Part shown: piece by piece, positions 26,188 to 38,320 of the stretch | Layout: each line of letters starts with the position of its first letter | Position numbering within the stretch: position 1 is the first letter of the stretch | NCBI RefSeq assembly: GCF_963921235.1 | Contig: NC_086108.1 | Location: 65,970,001 to 66,034,000, forward strand | Source: Mobula hypostoma | Taxonomy: Eukaryota | DNA: 64,000 nucleotides | Direction of reading: 5' to 3' | Position numbers and translations under genes: made by a program | The notes under the pieces: generated by a model | What the model saw: only the letters and a program-made list of their open reading frames with translations | The model's database searches: none | Told to the model about the DNA's origin: nothing

Positions 26188-27156
26188 CACTGGTTGGCAT
26201 ATCTCACTCCTGTATGCCCTCTCGTCATCACCTGTGATTCTACCAACAATGGTTGTATCTTCAGCAAATTTTTAGGTGGTTTCAAAGACATTTATGAAAC
26301 TCTTCGGCACATGGATGATAGAAAAATGGAGTGTTATGTAAGAGAACAGTTTGATTGATGTTAGAGTAAACTAAGAGGTTGCCACAGCATTGAGGGTGAA
26401 GACCCTGTACTGTGATGTAGTGTTCTACGTTCTAGGTTCAATTTCATAACTTTAGAACGGCTACTACTGCAAGTGCACTAGATAAAGTTCATAGGAAGTT
26501 CTTACAAAATTTTGCTACCGATGGGTGAAACATTTTTTCAATCTACCCTTCTTTCTGTGAATCAATTGGCCATTGACTTTTAGCAATGGCCAATAAAAAA
26601 AATTTCCATATACCTCCTCTGCTCTTGTAAGGGCTATTGAGTACAAACCTGTATGTCAGGTATAGCCAGTCCTGATGCCAAACACTTATTATTGCCTGTG
26701 CTGTACTAATCTAGGGATTGTAATTCCAAGTGGTCAATAGCACCTGATTATTCTTTGAAACATCCGGCTGTTCCTGTCCATTTCATTAATTGCTGGATGA
26801 TCATGCCTTTACTGGCATGTTCCACCTTCCCCCTCCCCCACCAACCGTCCCACCGTTAACTTCATACGATTTATCAAAACGCCTGAATACCATGGCTAGA
26901 CTTGACCTATTGTAAAATGTAAAGAGTTTAAAAGAGCTCAGAGCATTTGCTCCGGGTGGTTGTAGACGAGGCTGTCTCAATCCTACACTCACCTGTAACA
27001 GAGAATGAATAGAATGGATCTCTTTGTTCTTGCAATGCAAACAGATCCTTGCACTGAGCAAAACTTAAGGACTTAAACATGCAGGATAGTTAAAAGGTCT
27101 GCAACCGGTTATTTAGTGCTTGCTTAGCAAATACTGTGGAAATCCCAACAGAAGGT

Positions 27157-27400
27157 CTTGCATTTATATAGCACTTTTCACAGGTCACCCTAAATCACTT
27201 TCTGCAGCCAGTTAAGCATTTTCTGAAATACAATCATTGTTCTAATTAAGAAATGTGGCAGCTAATTTCTGGATGATAAACTTCTGCAAACAACATTATA
27301 ACAATGACCTGTGGTCTGCATTTATGTTTATTGACTGTGGGGTAAATGTTGGCCAGGCCTCCCAGGATAACTTGCAGCTTTTCACTTCAACTGTGGGCAC
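27157..27400 (-). mobile_element. Old Deu-domain SINE 3' part
   Basis: Minus-strand tail gctatataaatgcaag; body resembles 22170-22290. Confidence 0.5.
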
Positions 27401-27499
27401 TTTCTGAAGCACTTTCATATGCAGATTATGGATCATCTAAAGCAGGGGAGCCCTTGTGCTAGAGAGAGAGAGACTTAATGTGTTAAAGCGAAGATCAAT

Positions 27500-27792
27500 G
27501 GGAACCATGTTAGCATTGTGGTTAGTGCAAAGCTAATGCAGCTCAGGGTGTTCTGGAGTTTGGAGCTCAATTCTTGCACCATTCTGTCAGGAGTGCATAT
27601 GTTCTCCCATGGAATAGGTGGGGTTTGTCCAGGTCCTCTGGTTCCCTCTTACAGTCCAAAGATGTAACGGCTGGGTTAATTAGTCATTGTAAATTGTCCC
27701 ATGATTAGGTTAGGGTCATTCAGGTTTGTCGGGGGTTCCTGGGGCTGGAAGGGCTTACTCCATGCTGTATCACTAAATTAATAAAATAAATA
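27500..27792 (+). mobile_element. HE1-like V-SINE
   Basis: tRNA-like head, V-domain ..cagtccaaagatgta, (aataa) tail. Confidence 0.7.
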
Positions 27793-28574
27793 CATCATTC
27801 ATCAAGAAAAAATGAGCTGGAGAAGGCCACCAGGCCCTTCAATCCTGTCCCACCATTCAATATCACTATGGCCTCTACTCTGGTATGCCAGTAAGATATA
27901 TCTACTCAGATCTGTCTCTACTGATATTGGACAACTTGTATTCACAGTATTTTGCTCTTGTACTACTTTTTAAATGTTTCATTGATTTATCTCCTGCATT
28001 TATGCTTTAATTTTACCCTGGAAGATGACAGTATTGAATAGAGGAATATAAAGAACAAAATACAGCTATTTTTCCTACAACCATTGATTTCTTGAATAGG
28101 TGTGCACAACCCTAACCCTACCTGGGCAATGGAGCTTTACAAACGATCTCTTGCACTACCATAGACTTGACTGCTATTGTATGTTTGCTTTTTACACTAA
28201 ATCTTGTTTTTGCAAAGTATTTTTCTCTCTTCCCATTGTGTGTATAATTTATATTCTGTGTTGTCTGTTCTTGTACGTTTATGATGCTGCTGCAAGCAAC
28301 ATTTTCATTGTACCAGTACCTCAGTGTACTTGTACACACGCCAATAAGTTCAACTCAACTTGACTTGAATCTGAAGCTGCCATCATACTCTAGGTTTTAT
28401 TCTAGGAATAGGATTTCAACAAAGCAATTGACAATCATAAAATGTAAGAACGTTGACAAGTTCTGTGGGGATAATGATGTGCTTAAGCAGGTGGCTTTAA
28501 ACATTAAGTTTAACAAGAATATCTATTGTCAACACTCCTTTCTCAAATTGGTTGCATTGCTGTTGGTGTAGTAA

Positions 28575-29375
28575 CAAGAAATGGAGAATTAGAGCTGGAA
28601 GTTAAACTAGGACAGGACTTGTATTGTTAATGACAGAGCCCTATTTTTTAGGCACAGAGACCTAGGGGTAAAACTACATAATTCATACTTTTTTCCATAG
28701 ATGCTGCCTGGCCTGCCAAGTTCCTCCAGCATTTTGTGTGTGTTGCTCAGATTTCCAGCATCTGCAGATTGTCTTTTGTTTATGATATAGCATATTTGCC
28801 TCCATCAGACAGGGCAATAAGTATAAGAACTGAGATGTCATCTTATTGCAGTATAGGACATTGGTGAGACTGCACCTAGAATATTGTGTGAAGTTTCAGT
28901 CGCCATTCTATGAGAAAGATGGGACTAAGCTAGAGAGGATGCAGAAAGGATTCACAAGGATGTTGCTGGGACTGGAGGGCTTGTGTTATAAGGAGAGACT
29001 GGATAGGCTGAGACTGTTGTGAAAGGGCCTGAGGGGTGACCTTATAGAGGTTCGCACTATAATCCTGAAAGGCATCGATAAATTGGATGGTCAATGTTAA
29101 TTCCCTGGGATAAGCAAGTATAGCGTTAGCAGGCATGGGTTCAAGGTGAGAGTGGAAAGATTTATAATGGATCTGAGGAGCAATTCCTTCACTCAGAGGT
29201 TAGTGGACATATGAAGTCAACTGCTAGAGGAAGTAGTAGTAGGTTTCGGATAGGAAATGTTGAGAGTGATACAGACCAGATGCTGGCAAGTGGGACTAGC
29301 CTAGGTGGAGTTTGGTTGACAAGTATGGGTTGGTCTGAAGGACATATTTCCATTCTGTATAACTCTGGCTCTAAA
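28575..29375 (+). mobile_element. CR1 3' fragment containing a PLE repeat piece at about 28685-28785
   Basis: YRTLVRLHLEYCV, LERMQKGFTRMLLG; insert atagatgctgcctggcctg..ccagcatctgcag matches the PLE 3' repeat. Confidence 0.75.
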
Positions 29376-30979
29376 TAGGCTCTTTTATTTGCTGTATTAA
29401 TTCCGGAGATTTAAAAGGGTATGATTTCTTCTTGCTCTATCACTGCACAGTTAACACTTGCCTGTTTTTTGAGGTCATAATAAAAATCCTAATTTACAAT
29501 ACACTTCAATAATTTAAATTTATTTGATTTTTAGTGGCATATAACAACACTGGAGGTCAAGAATAGACAAGCACTTGTTTAAATTAGCAGGTGAAAGCTT
29601 GAGTTCTTTGTCATTTGAGCCTAATCATGATTTTCAGATACGTGTGTTAGGTAATTTTATTTCCAGACAAAAATCCATCACTGCCATTGAAACACAAGAA
29701 AACTGCAAATGGAAGTTATCTATGTACAGACATTGTAAATCGGGAGTTTTATATCTTAGAATCTGTGATTAGAGATGAAAATATTCTGAATTATAATCTC
29801 TGCACAAAGAGAGGTGTTAATCATTATTTTTGTTTTGTTCTCTGAATGATAGCCAAATTTTCAAATAGTTCTTCAGGCATTTGAGGAGGGAGCACCAATG
29901 AAAATTTGCTCTCAGATGAATATTGGAGACTTAGAGACCTATGCACTTAGATTAACTGGGTGTAGTTCAGGAGCAAATTTCAAAATCAAATTGTGGCAAC
30001 CCCTGGAGAAATTACAGGAATGAGCCTTAGTGGCTTAACTCCAGGGTTCACTTGTCAAAGTACAGTGGCAAATTAAGAGAACCTCTTGGAAATACTATCC
30101 ACTTTACTTTTAGTTATCTGAGATAATGAGCTTCATACATCAGAAACTGCTGGATGGTGATAGAACTCACAGCTTCACTCTAATGAATACCATTTGGTGT
30201 AATGATTCTTCTGTGATACCAACAACTATTACATAACATCTTGATTGAATCTGAGATGAAGAGCAGCAAGGCTTCTTAATAGTTGTTGATATTTTCCTAA
30301 TGCTTTGTTAGTTAAAATTAACTGCTTCATAATCTTTCAGAATCAGAATCAGGATTAGCATTATTGATATTTGTCATGAAATTCTCAACCCATGAACCTC
30401 GTCAAAGAATGGAAAAGAAATGCTCTTACACCATCCCATATTGAGTTCCAATTTAGGAATGATTCAGGGAGTATCCCAGATAAACATACTGTTCCAATAA
30501 AGAGTCTTTGACCTTAAGTATCACTATAGACACAGACTGACTTGCTGATTGTTTGCTTCATTGTCTGTTTTGGTTATATTTCCAACATCTGTAGATTTTC
30601 GAGTTTCAAATATACACGGTGCTTTAGTTTCTAGACATTCAAACTATACTTTCACACTTGTATTCCCAGTTTATCTACAAAAAAAAAACAGCAAATGGAG
30701 TAGATTTCAAAACCCAATAATGACACTGCAAAAAATTGTCCCTTTGGTTAGCTATTCTTTATCACCATGGGTCCATACCTGGCCATAACTTTTATGATGC
30801 ATACTTCAGCAAACCTGGTATCATTTCTAAGCAGACTCTGATGACATTGACCTCTGATATGTCAGTGCTAGTGGGGAGAGATGTAACCATTATTCTGAGT
30901 TACTGCTTCCCATCCCCATGGCTTAATACACTCTGCTCTGTCGCTTTACAGGTTTGGTGACATCAGTGAGGAGAAGTCG

Positions 30980-31393
30980 AACTTCTCTAACTTCTGCTAA
31001 TGCCCCACCTCTCCCTCGTACCCCATCCATTATTTATTTTTATACACACATTCTTTCTTTCACTCTCCTTTTTCTCCCTCTGTCCCTCTGACTATACCCC
31101 TTGCCCATCCTCTGGGTCCCCCCCCCCACCTTGTCTTTCTCCCTGGACCTCCTGTCCCATGATCCTCTCATGTCCCCTTTGCCAATCACCTGTCCAGCTC
31201 TTGGCTCCATCCCTCCCCCTCCTGTCTTCTCCTATCATTTTGGATCTCCCCCTCCCCCTCCCACTTTCAAATCTCTTACTAGCTCTTCTTTCAGTTAGTC
31301 CTGACGAAGGTTCTCGGCCTGAAATGTCGACTGTACCTCTTCCTAGAGATGCTGCCTGGCCTGCTGCGTTCACCAGCAACTTTGATGTGTGTT
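30980..31393 (+). mobile_element. Penelope-like 3' end with hammerhead motif
   Basis: Collinear with 61093-61512; hammerhead motif at 31296-31333. Confidence 0.8.
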
Positions 31394-31401
31394 TCAAGAA
31401 G

Positions 31402-31943
31402 GCATTAGATACTTTATACTTTATTGTCGCCAAACAATTGAACGTACAATCATCACAGCGACGTTTGATTCTGCATTTCCCGCTCCCTGGATTACAAATT
31501 GATAGTAAATATTAAAAATTTAAATTATAACTCATAAATAGAAAATAGAAAAATGGAAAGTAAGGTAGTTCAAAAAAAAAACCGAGAGGCAAGTCTGGAT
31601 ATTTGGAGGGTACGGCCCAGATCCGGGTCAGTATCCGTTCAGCAGTCGTATCACAGTTGGAAAGAAGCTGTTCCCAATTCTGGCCCTACGTGTCTTCAAG
31701 CTCCTGAGCCTTCTCCCGGAGGGAAGAGGGACGAAAAGTGTGTTGGCTGGGTGGGTCATGTCCTTGATTATCCTGGCAGCACTGCTCCGACAGCGTGCAG
31801 TGTAAAGTGAGTCCAAGAATGGAAGATTGGTTTGTGTGATGTGCTGGGCTGTGTTCACGATCTTCTGCAGCTTCTTCCAGTCTCGGACAGGACAACTTCC
31901 ATACCAGGTTGTGATGCACCCCAGAAGAATGCTTTCTATGGTG
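31402..31943 (-). mobile_element. Rex1/Babar LINE 3' fragment
   Basis: TIESILLGCITTWYG..LPSGRRLRSL..NSFFPTVIRLLN (ORF 31628..32032). Confidence 0.85.
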
Positions 31944-32032
31944 TTGAAATGATGTTTTGATGTTAGTGTCCAAGGAGGTAAAGGGATAAGGGGAAAACAA
32001 GGTACTGAACTTGGATATTCAGTTATAATCAT

Positions 32033-32685
32033 GTCAGAATCAAAATTAGAATCGCTTTATTGCCAGTGTACGAAACATACCACAACCGATTATGTAGCAA
32101 CAAACAATTTACAAGACAATAGTGCAAACAGTGATGAGCAATCAACGATTAGCATTCTGCACAAATGTGAATAATAAAACTTAAATAAATGTGAACAAAT
32201 GAACGGACTCAATGGTTATCAATAGAATAAGGAAAGACCATTTAATGAATGTTGTGCAGGGACAGTGAGGGTATTACACCTGAGTGAGTTTTGTTGACAG
32301 GCTGGATACCTACAGGAAATAAGCTCAGAAATGACATGTCGCCTTGGTGGTGATGGAGTTGTCGTGTTTCTCGGATGGAAATTTGGTGAATAGGTGACTG
32401 CTAGGGTGGGTGGAGTTAGCAGTAATTTTTTTCAGCTCTGTTCGCTCTAGCAATGAACAGGGCTTTTAATGTCGGTCACTGACAGCCGGTGATCTGCTCT
32501 GCTGAGTGATCCCCGCTGAGTGGACCACTCGTTGCAACCTGGACTTGGAGAGGGAGGAGGCAGGAAACCGAACAGTCACAACCCTCTCATCAGGATACAC
32601 CCTGAGGTGTTAAGTTTCCTAAACTAGAGTAGGAAGAGCAATCTCTGCTGGGTTTTCCTAGTGATGAACGTAACATTTTTTTAAT
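32033..32685 (-). mobile_element. Older Rex1-like LINE 3' fragment
   Basis: Degenerate (ctgatt) tail with aataaa; decayed QQRLLFLL..FRKL on the minus strand. Confidence 0.5.
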
Positions 32686-32843
32686 GACAGTGCAAATGAT
32701 AGCCTGACCAGCATAGGCCTACTAATTTTTATATATCTTTGAACGTTTTCAAAGTCGTTATTGATTTCATTGCTGTGTAAATCAGGTTAGAGAAGGCAAA
32801 CTTGCATTTAAAGCACATTTTCAATTGAGAAGCTCATCTACAG

Positions 32844-34965
32844 GCAGGGACCTGGGTGTCCATGTACACCAGTGAATCCCATGGGGGGTGGTTACATTTC
32901 CTCAGGAGCTGTTTGGGGAAATAGAAGTTATCGGGGGTTGGTAAGTGGCATGAGACCTGACCGACTGTGTCAACTCCTTGCTGTTGTCAGCATCCGATAG
33001 ACATCCCCAGTTTGTCTTAATTTTTAATTTTAATTTAGCCCCATTAATGATGGATAAATATGTATGCCGCGATCTCTATGAGCCTGAAGGTGGCAAAGCC
33101 TTGAATTCTAATCCTGCTGAGAACCAGAAACTACAGAAAGCACGTCAATACAATGTTACATACCTGGAGTATGCAGGAACACTTCTGTAAAAGACACCCT
33201 GAAAAAGCGACTTATGGTATTACTCAGTTCCAGAAGATGAAAGAAGCGTTTGAAAAGTGTTGCACACTCGAGTCATTTGGCAAGAAAGTTAAAAATAACC
33301 TTGATAGTGTTCTCATTGCTTCTCATAATGTTTCCAAAATGATAGCAAAGTGTGGAAAACCTCATACAATTGGTGAAAGATTAATAATGTCTGCTGTATC
33401 AGAAGTGCTCACCACTTTTCTCAAAATGGATACCAGTATTTTAAAATCAATTCCTCTGAGTAATAACTGTGTAGCTTGTTGTATTGATGAAATGAGTAAA
33501 GACATTGAGCATCAACTAAGCGCAGAGCTAAAAAAAAAACAGAATTTGAGATACAACTGAATGAGTCAACTGAGCAAGGCGAGGCATTGGTAATGGCATA
33601 TGTATGCCTTATCAAAAATGGAAACATTTATGAAGAGATTCTCTTTTGTAGAAAGGTAAAAACTAATATCAATGGAGAATCAATCTACATTGAGATCAAA
33701 ATGTATATTGAGGATAAATGTATTCTGATTAGGAACATGATTTCTTGTGGAACTAAAGAGGCACCATATATGAGAGGTCGCCATGCTGGTTTAGTGGCAT
33801 TTATGAAAAAAGAAATTCCAACTCTGTTTGCAATTCATTGTGCAATTCATCGTCAACATCTTGGAGCCAAAAATCTCAACTAGCACCATTTTTCAAGCAT
33901 GACTCTTGTACTATCTGTTATCAACAGTATTAAAGCTCATCCATTAAATTGCAGAATATTTCTCCAGTTGTGCCAAGATAATGATGAAGAGTTTGAACAC
34001 TTCCTTCTTCACACTGAAGTGCACTGGCTGTCAAAAGGCTGTTGCTTAAAACATTTCTTTGATCTTTTTGCCACTGTGGTTGAATTTTTGCTCAAAGTCA
34101 ACAAGATTGAACTTCTGTGTGGAGATGTGGCATACCTAGCCGATATGTATAACAAAATGAACATTCTAAGTATGAAAATACACGGTGAGAATTTCAATTT
34201 AATTCAGGCAAAAAGTGCACTTCTATCAGAAAATTGAAATATATAAGCAAAACACTGGGAGAATACAGTTTTCCTGCATGGAAACTATGCCACTCTCTTT
34301 CACAAATGATTATTTGCAAGACTACTGCTCAGACTTGCAGTCACTGAAGAAGCATTTTCAGAATTGATTCAAGGATTTGAATGATCTGGAAATTCCGGAC
34401 GGGGTAATTAACCCATTTCTTTGCAAGGTGGAAGAACAGGAAGACAGATTGCAAGAAGAAATTATCAAAACTCAGAATGATGAACACGCTAAAGTGCTTT
34501 TCAAATATGTAGGCTTTTGTGGTATATGCCTACATTGTCATACAAAATTTCCTAATCTTTGGGGAAAAGCCAAACTGCTCTTCATTGCATTTCCATCCTC
34601 CTACCTTGTTGAAAGAGGTTTCAGTACAGTGAACCACATACTCACAAAAACAGAAACCACTTGGACATTGTTACGTGTGGGGGCTTAAGACTTTTGCTGT
34701 CACAACTTGAACCAGATATTTCAACTCTTGCTAAAAACCATCAAGCTCAAGGATCACATTGATAGTGATTTTGCTGTACAGAGCACAGGTACTGTGTAAG
34801 TAAGGTTTAAAGACAAATAAAAAATTAAAGCAGAATTACTTTTCTCATGTCAACATGTCTTTATACTATGCAGGCACTGGCAAGTATATTGTGCCTCAGA
34901 AGGGTGTTTGCAAGTATGAAGGTGCTTTAGGAGGGTGTTGGGCTAAAAAAGGTTGGGGAACATTG
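32844..34965 (+). mobile_element. hAT Buster/Charlie-family DNA transposon, decayed
   Basis: Right TIR-like aaaaggttggggaacattg; contains the transposase relic listed next; left end degenerate. Confidence 0.8.
33047..34762 (+). pseudogene. hAT transposase relic (SCAND3/ZBED5/ZBED8-related family)
   Basis: KPHTIGERLI, IPLSNN, HCAIHRQHL, LLHTEVHWLSKG, FPSSYLVERGFS, HQAQGSH*; frameshifts, stops and loss of the BED-finger region. Confidence 0.85.
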
Positions 34966-36589
34966 ACGTACATTAATTACTGAAAAATAACATTGCAGAT
35001 TCAGCAGGCAAATGGGAAGCCAAATACTTTTTGGACTTTATCACAAAAGGATTTGAGTGCAAGTGCAAATGCATCTCATTGCAAGTGAATGAGTTCTAAT
35101 GGAACAGCAGGTGGAATATTGTGCAGAAGTCTGCTCTCCCTACCATTTGTGATCTGCTATCCTTATTCACCTTGGTGATAGAGGCCATTGGTTTGGGAGG
35201 TGCTGTAGGAGTAGCCTGGGTAAGTAACTGCAATACCTCTGTAGGTGATATACAATGCAACAACATCACATTAGTGCTGGAGGGGATGAATGTTTGGGAC
35301 AGTTCTCCTGAGAGTTGTTGGCACTGCACTCAGCTGGGAAAACAAACATTATTCTATTATGCTCCTGATTTGGGCCTTGTACGTGATGAAGATTTAGGGT
35401 GTTCGGAGGTGAGTTACTTACCACAGGATACCTAGCCTCTGATGTGCTCTTGTTTCCCTTGGTTGGGTGTCTAGAACCAGGAGTCAAAGTACCACAGTAA
35501 GGGCTCAGCCTTTCAGGAATGAAACAAGAAGAAATTCTCATTTTGAGAAGAGTGAGTCTGTTTAAAGTTCCCCAAACTAAGTCAGTGATGGAGGCTCATT
35601 CAATGAATACCTTCAAAGTAAAGACTAAACTATTAAAGGTATTAAATGGTTTGGGTTAGTGCAGGGAAGTTACACTGAGGTAAAAGATCAGTTGTGATGG
35701 AGAAGACCCAAAATTCATCTTCTTCCTGCTTCAATTTATATGTTCTTATGATAGATATTACATTCATCAGGACAGAAAATTATAGGGAGGTGAAATATCT
35801 TGGAAACCAGTAGACCAGCTCATTTTAATCACAGTAATGTTGTTTTGCTCATAGTAATGGTATGTCGCTTAATATTTCCAAAAATAGTTGGGCAAGTAAC
35901 TGAAATAAAAAAACAAGTGCAAAAATACTTAGCAGGTTGTCAGCATTTGTGAAGAGAGAAACAAAGTTAATGTTTTAGTCAGGTTGGGAAGGCCTCTGGG
36001 TTTGGAGAATACATTTTAGAATCCAGAAGCAAAGTATTATGCATTATGAGATAATATTTGAAGGAACACAGTTTTTTCAGGTGAATAGGATTAAGAAAAC
36101 TGGAAGAATTTGAACATAATGAAGGAAATTTAGTGGTCAATAAACAAATATAGATTGCCGGAAGCACAGGAACAATGAAATGACATTTGATGTAGATTAG
36201 GTAGCAGAGAGGAGTGTTTTAAATGGTTTGAAATTTAGATTTGAAGTTTAGAGAATGAGACATTGAAGACTAACCAAGAAAAGATTGAAGTACTTCAGCA
36301 AAAATGAGACCCAGGCATGGATAATAATTGTAATAGCAGATGGGCCACACCATGGTTGACTATGGGTAAGGTGTTATAACCATCTGTATGAGAAAGACAG
36401 GAGTTTGAAGGGTCCTTCAGGGTCATAGAGGCAGCTCTAGTTTTTAGCAGTTGATTTCAAGCTGAAAAAAGTAATCAGAAAGAAAGAAATTAATTTCTTG
36501 TAACACGGAGGAGGCTCTGGTACGACCCAAAGGCATTTGACTTCAGGTCTTCCTAATTGTTGAATGAGTAAATTATCATTAAAGCAGTA

Positions 36590-36736
36590 TTTTGTTTTTT
36601 TTAAAATTATTATTGATATACTGTTTAGTTTGGTTGATAGTTTAACTCTTATTCTACAGATGGATATGTTGTCTTGATTATCTTGATGTATTTTCCTTTG
36701 TTGTTGATTTTCAATAATTAATAAAAAAGATTTAAA
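36590..36736 (+). mobile_element. Short L1/Tx1-like 3'UTR retro-insertion
   Basis: 15-bp TSD atcattaaagcagta at 36575-36589 and 36737-36751; T-rich body ending aataaaaaagatttaaa. Confidence 0.6.
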
Positions 36737-37084
36737 ATCATTAAAGCAGTACTAGATTTCAGAGGTAGACTAACAATACAAAAGCAGCAGTTGGATCAAG
36801 AGATAAGAGTCCAACAATGTTGATGTAAACCAGGGACTCAAAGTCTTTGGACGATGTTGGCTTTGACTCCAAGAATGAAAACTCCTGAGGTAACATTGTG
36901 AGGGCTATGAAAACAATGGACTATAATGCAAATGCAGTCATATCCCTCTGGACATCACAACGGAAGCAAAGGAAGAGAAGGATAGATAATGGTTTATAAT
37001 TCTGAATTTGATTAGGCCTTCTACATGCATGATATCTTCTCTTTGGAAAAATGACAAATCGTTTGTATGTATAGAACTGACTTT

Positions 37085-37803
37085 CATAGGAAATTAACCG
37101 TATTTTCTCATACATTTTAACAGTTATTTACTTGCCTGGCAAATGCCTCAAATCAATTGTCCTTTGAATTTCAATCCATGGTTAATAATACTGGACAAGA
37201 AAGATTTTACTTCCTGAATACTTTTATGTGTGTCTTATGCATTTTGGGCTGCTAATCATACAAATCATCATGAAATTTCCCTATCATGCAACATTTTTAT
37301 TTGTAATTGCCTCTATTTGTTATTTCAATATATATTTCGTGTCAATTAAAACATTGCCCACAATGTAAGCTGAAATGTTTTCTATCTTGTCCAGGCCTGC
37401 CTGGGTATGCTCACGCAGGGCGGATGCTGCATGGCAGGACAGGTTTTAGAAAGGCTATAAAAGCATCACACACACACACACACACACACCGTTCTATGCA
37501 TTGTGTTTACATGTATATTAGTTTGCTATCAAGTTGATGTGTGTGCTCTACATGCATAGCATATTGTGTGTACTATTAATATAAAGTAATTGCATTTTCA
37601 GGAGTATACGTGATAGCAAAATGTCTCGCCAATGTTGCAACAGCCACAATACCTTCTGTGATATTTGTGTCAAGTATAGGCTTAAATCTCAAAGAAGGAG
37701 CATGACTCCTCTTATTAAGGGGTCCCATGAGCTCCGCTTTGTGTGTAAAATTGATGACCAAGTCAAAGCCTGAGCTCCGCACATTTGTTGCATTCAAATT
37801 TAG
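37085..37803 (+). mobile_element. DNA transposon 5' fragment, Chapaev3-like (tentative)
   Basis: 37621-37803 translates MSRQCCNSHNTFCDICVKYRLKSQRRSMTPLIKGSHELRFVCKIDDQVKA*APHICC, resembling a recalled FCYICG..YFGCKIGDQDKxWAPHICC zinc-finger N-terminus. Confidence 0.5.
37467..37489. repeat. (CA)n microsatellite
   Basis: Direct reading. Confidence 0.9.
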
Positions 37804-38284
37804 ACTTCTTCCCTGCAAATCTTAGCACTGTCAGTGACAAGCATGTTGAAGGGTTTCACCAGAACATTGCAGTCACAGAGAAATGAAATCAGAACAACTG
37901 GAATCCATCAATGCTGGCTGATTATTGTTGGACACTTAAATGAGAAGCCTCAGGCACTGAGTACAAATGAAAACCATCAACGAGAATCATAGTTGAACTA
38001 TTGCAAAGTCTCAGCACCGTTATGCAATTAGACACCTTATATTCAATAAAAGTACATTTCTGGCTTCTCCAAATTCCTACAAGATACAAGTAGTCTGAAA
38101 TTATATTTGTGTTCAACTTCAAGCAGTCTAACATAGCCACAAAGTATTCCAAGGAAGCAACACTTTCAAAAAAATCTGTTGTCCAGTGTAGATATTCAGG
38201 ACTTTTATTCTCTTACCATAAAAGGTCAGCTGCAAAAGCCCACTAACATCTGTCATATTTTCCAAATACCAAGTTTGGTGCTTG

Positions 38285-38320
38285 TGTGTCAGGCTGACTG
38301 AGTTCAGTCAGCCTGACACA
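38285..38320. repeat. Perfect 17-bp inverted repeat with 2-nt spacer
   Basis: tgtgtcaggctgactga-gt-tcagtcagcctgacaca. Confidence 0.9.

Larger units (their letters stand above)
24593..26280 (-). mobile_element. Rex1/Babar LINE split by a hAT MITE
   Basis: (ctgatt)n tail; ORF 25001..25531 LVEWWRSNNLALNV..KARQRLYFIRSL; KFAEDTTIVGRI at about 26230-26270. Confidence 0.9.
24200..26435 (+). mobile_element. CR1 3' fragment split by a Rex1 insertion (CR1 parts 24200-24592 and 26285-26435)
   Basis: LEYCAQFHYRNDIEALERV, RGDLIEVYEMI; 3'UTR continues after 26285. Confidence 0.75.

Noticed and set aside
30930..30980. Acceptor-like gctttacag before the PLE
   Set aside because: Runs straight into repeat sequence with no donor; probably a decayed repeat.
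31000..31515. Recurring Pro/Leu/Ser-rich ORFs (also 4030..4428, 60522..61136, 61090..61479)
   Set aside because: Incidental readings of the pyrimidine-rich PLE repeat.
33047..34762. Domesticated ZBED/SCAND3-type gene
   Set aside because: Multiple stops and frameshifts, altered catalytic-region residues and a retained TIR remnant.
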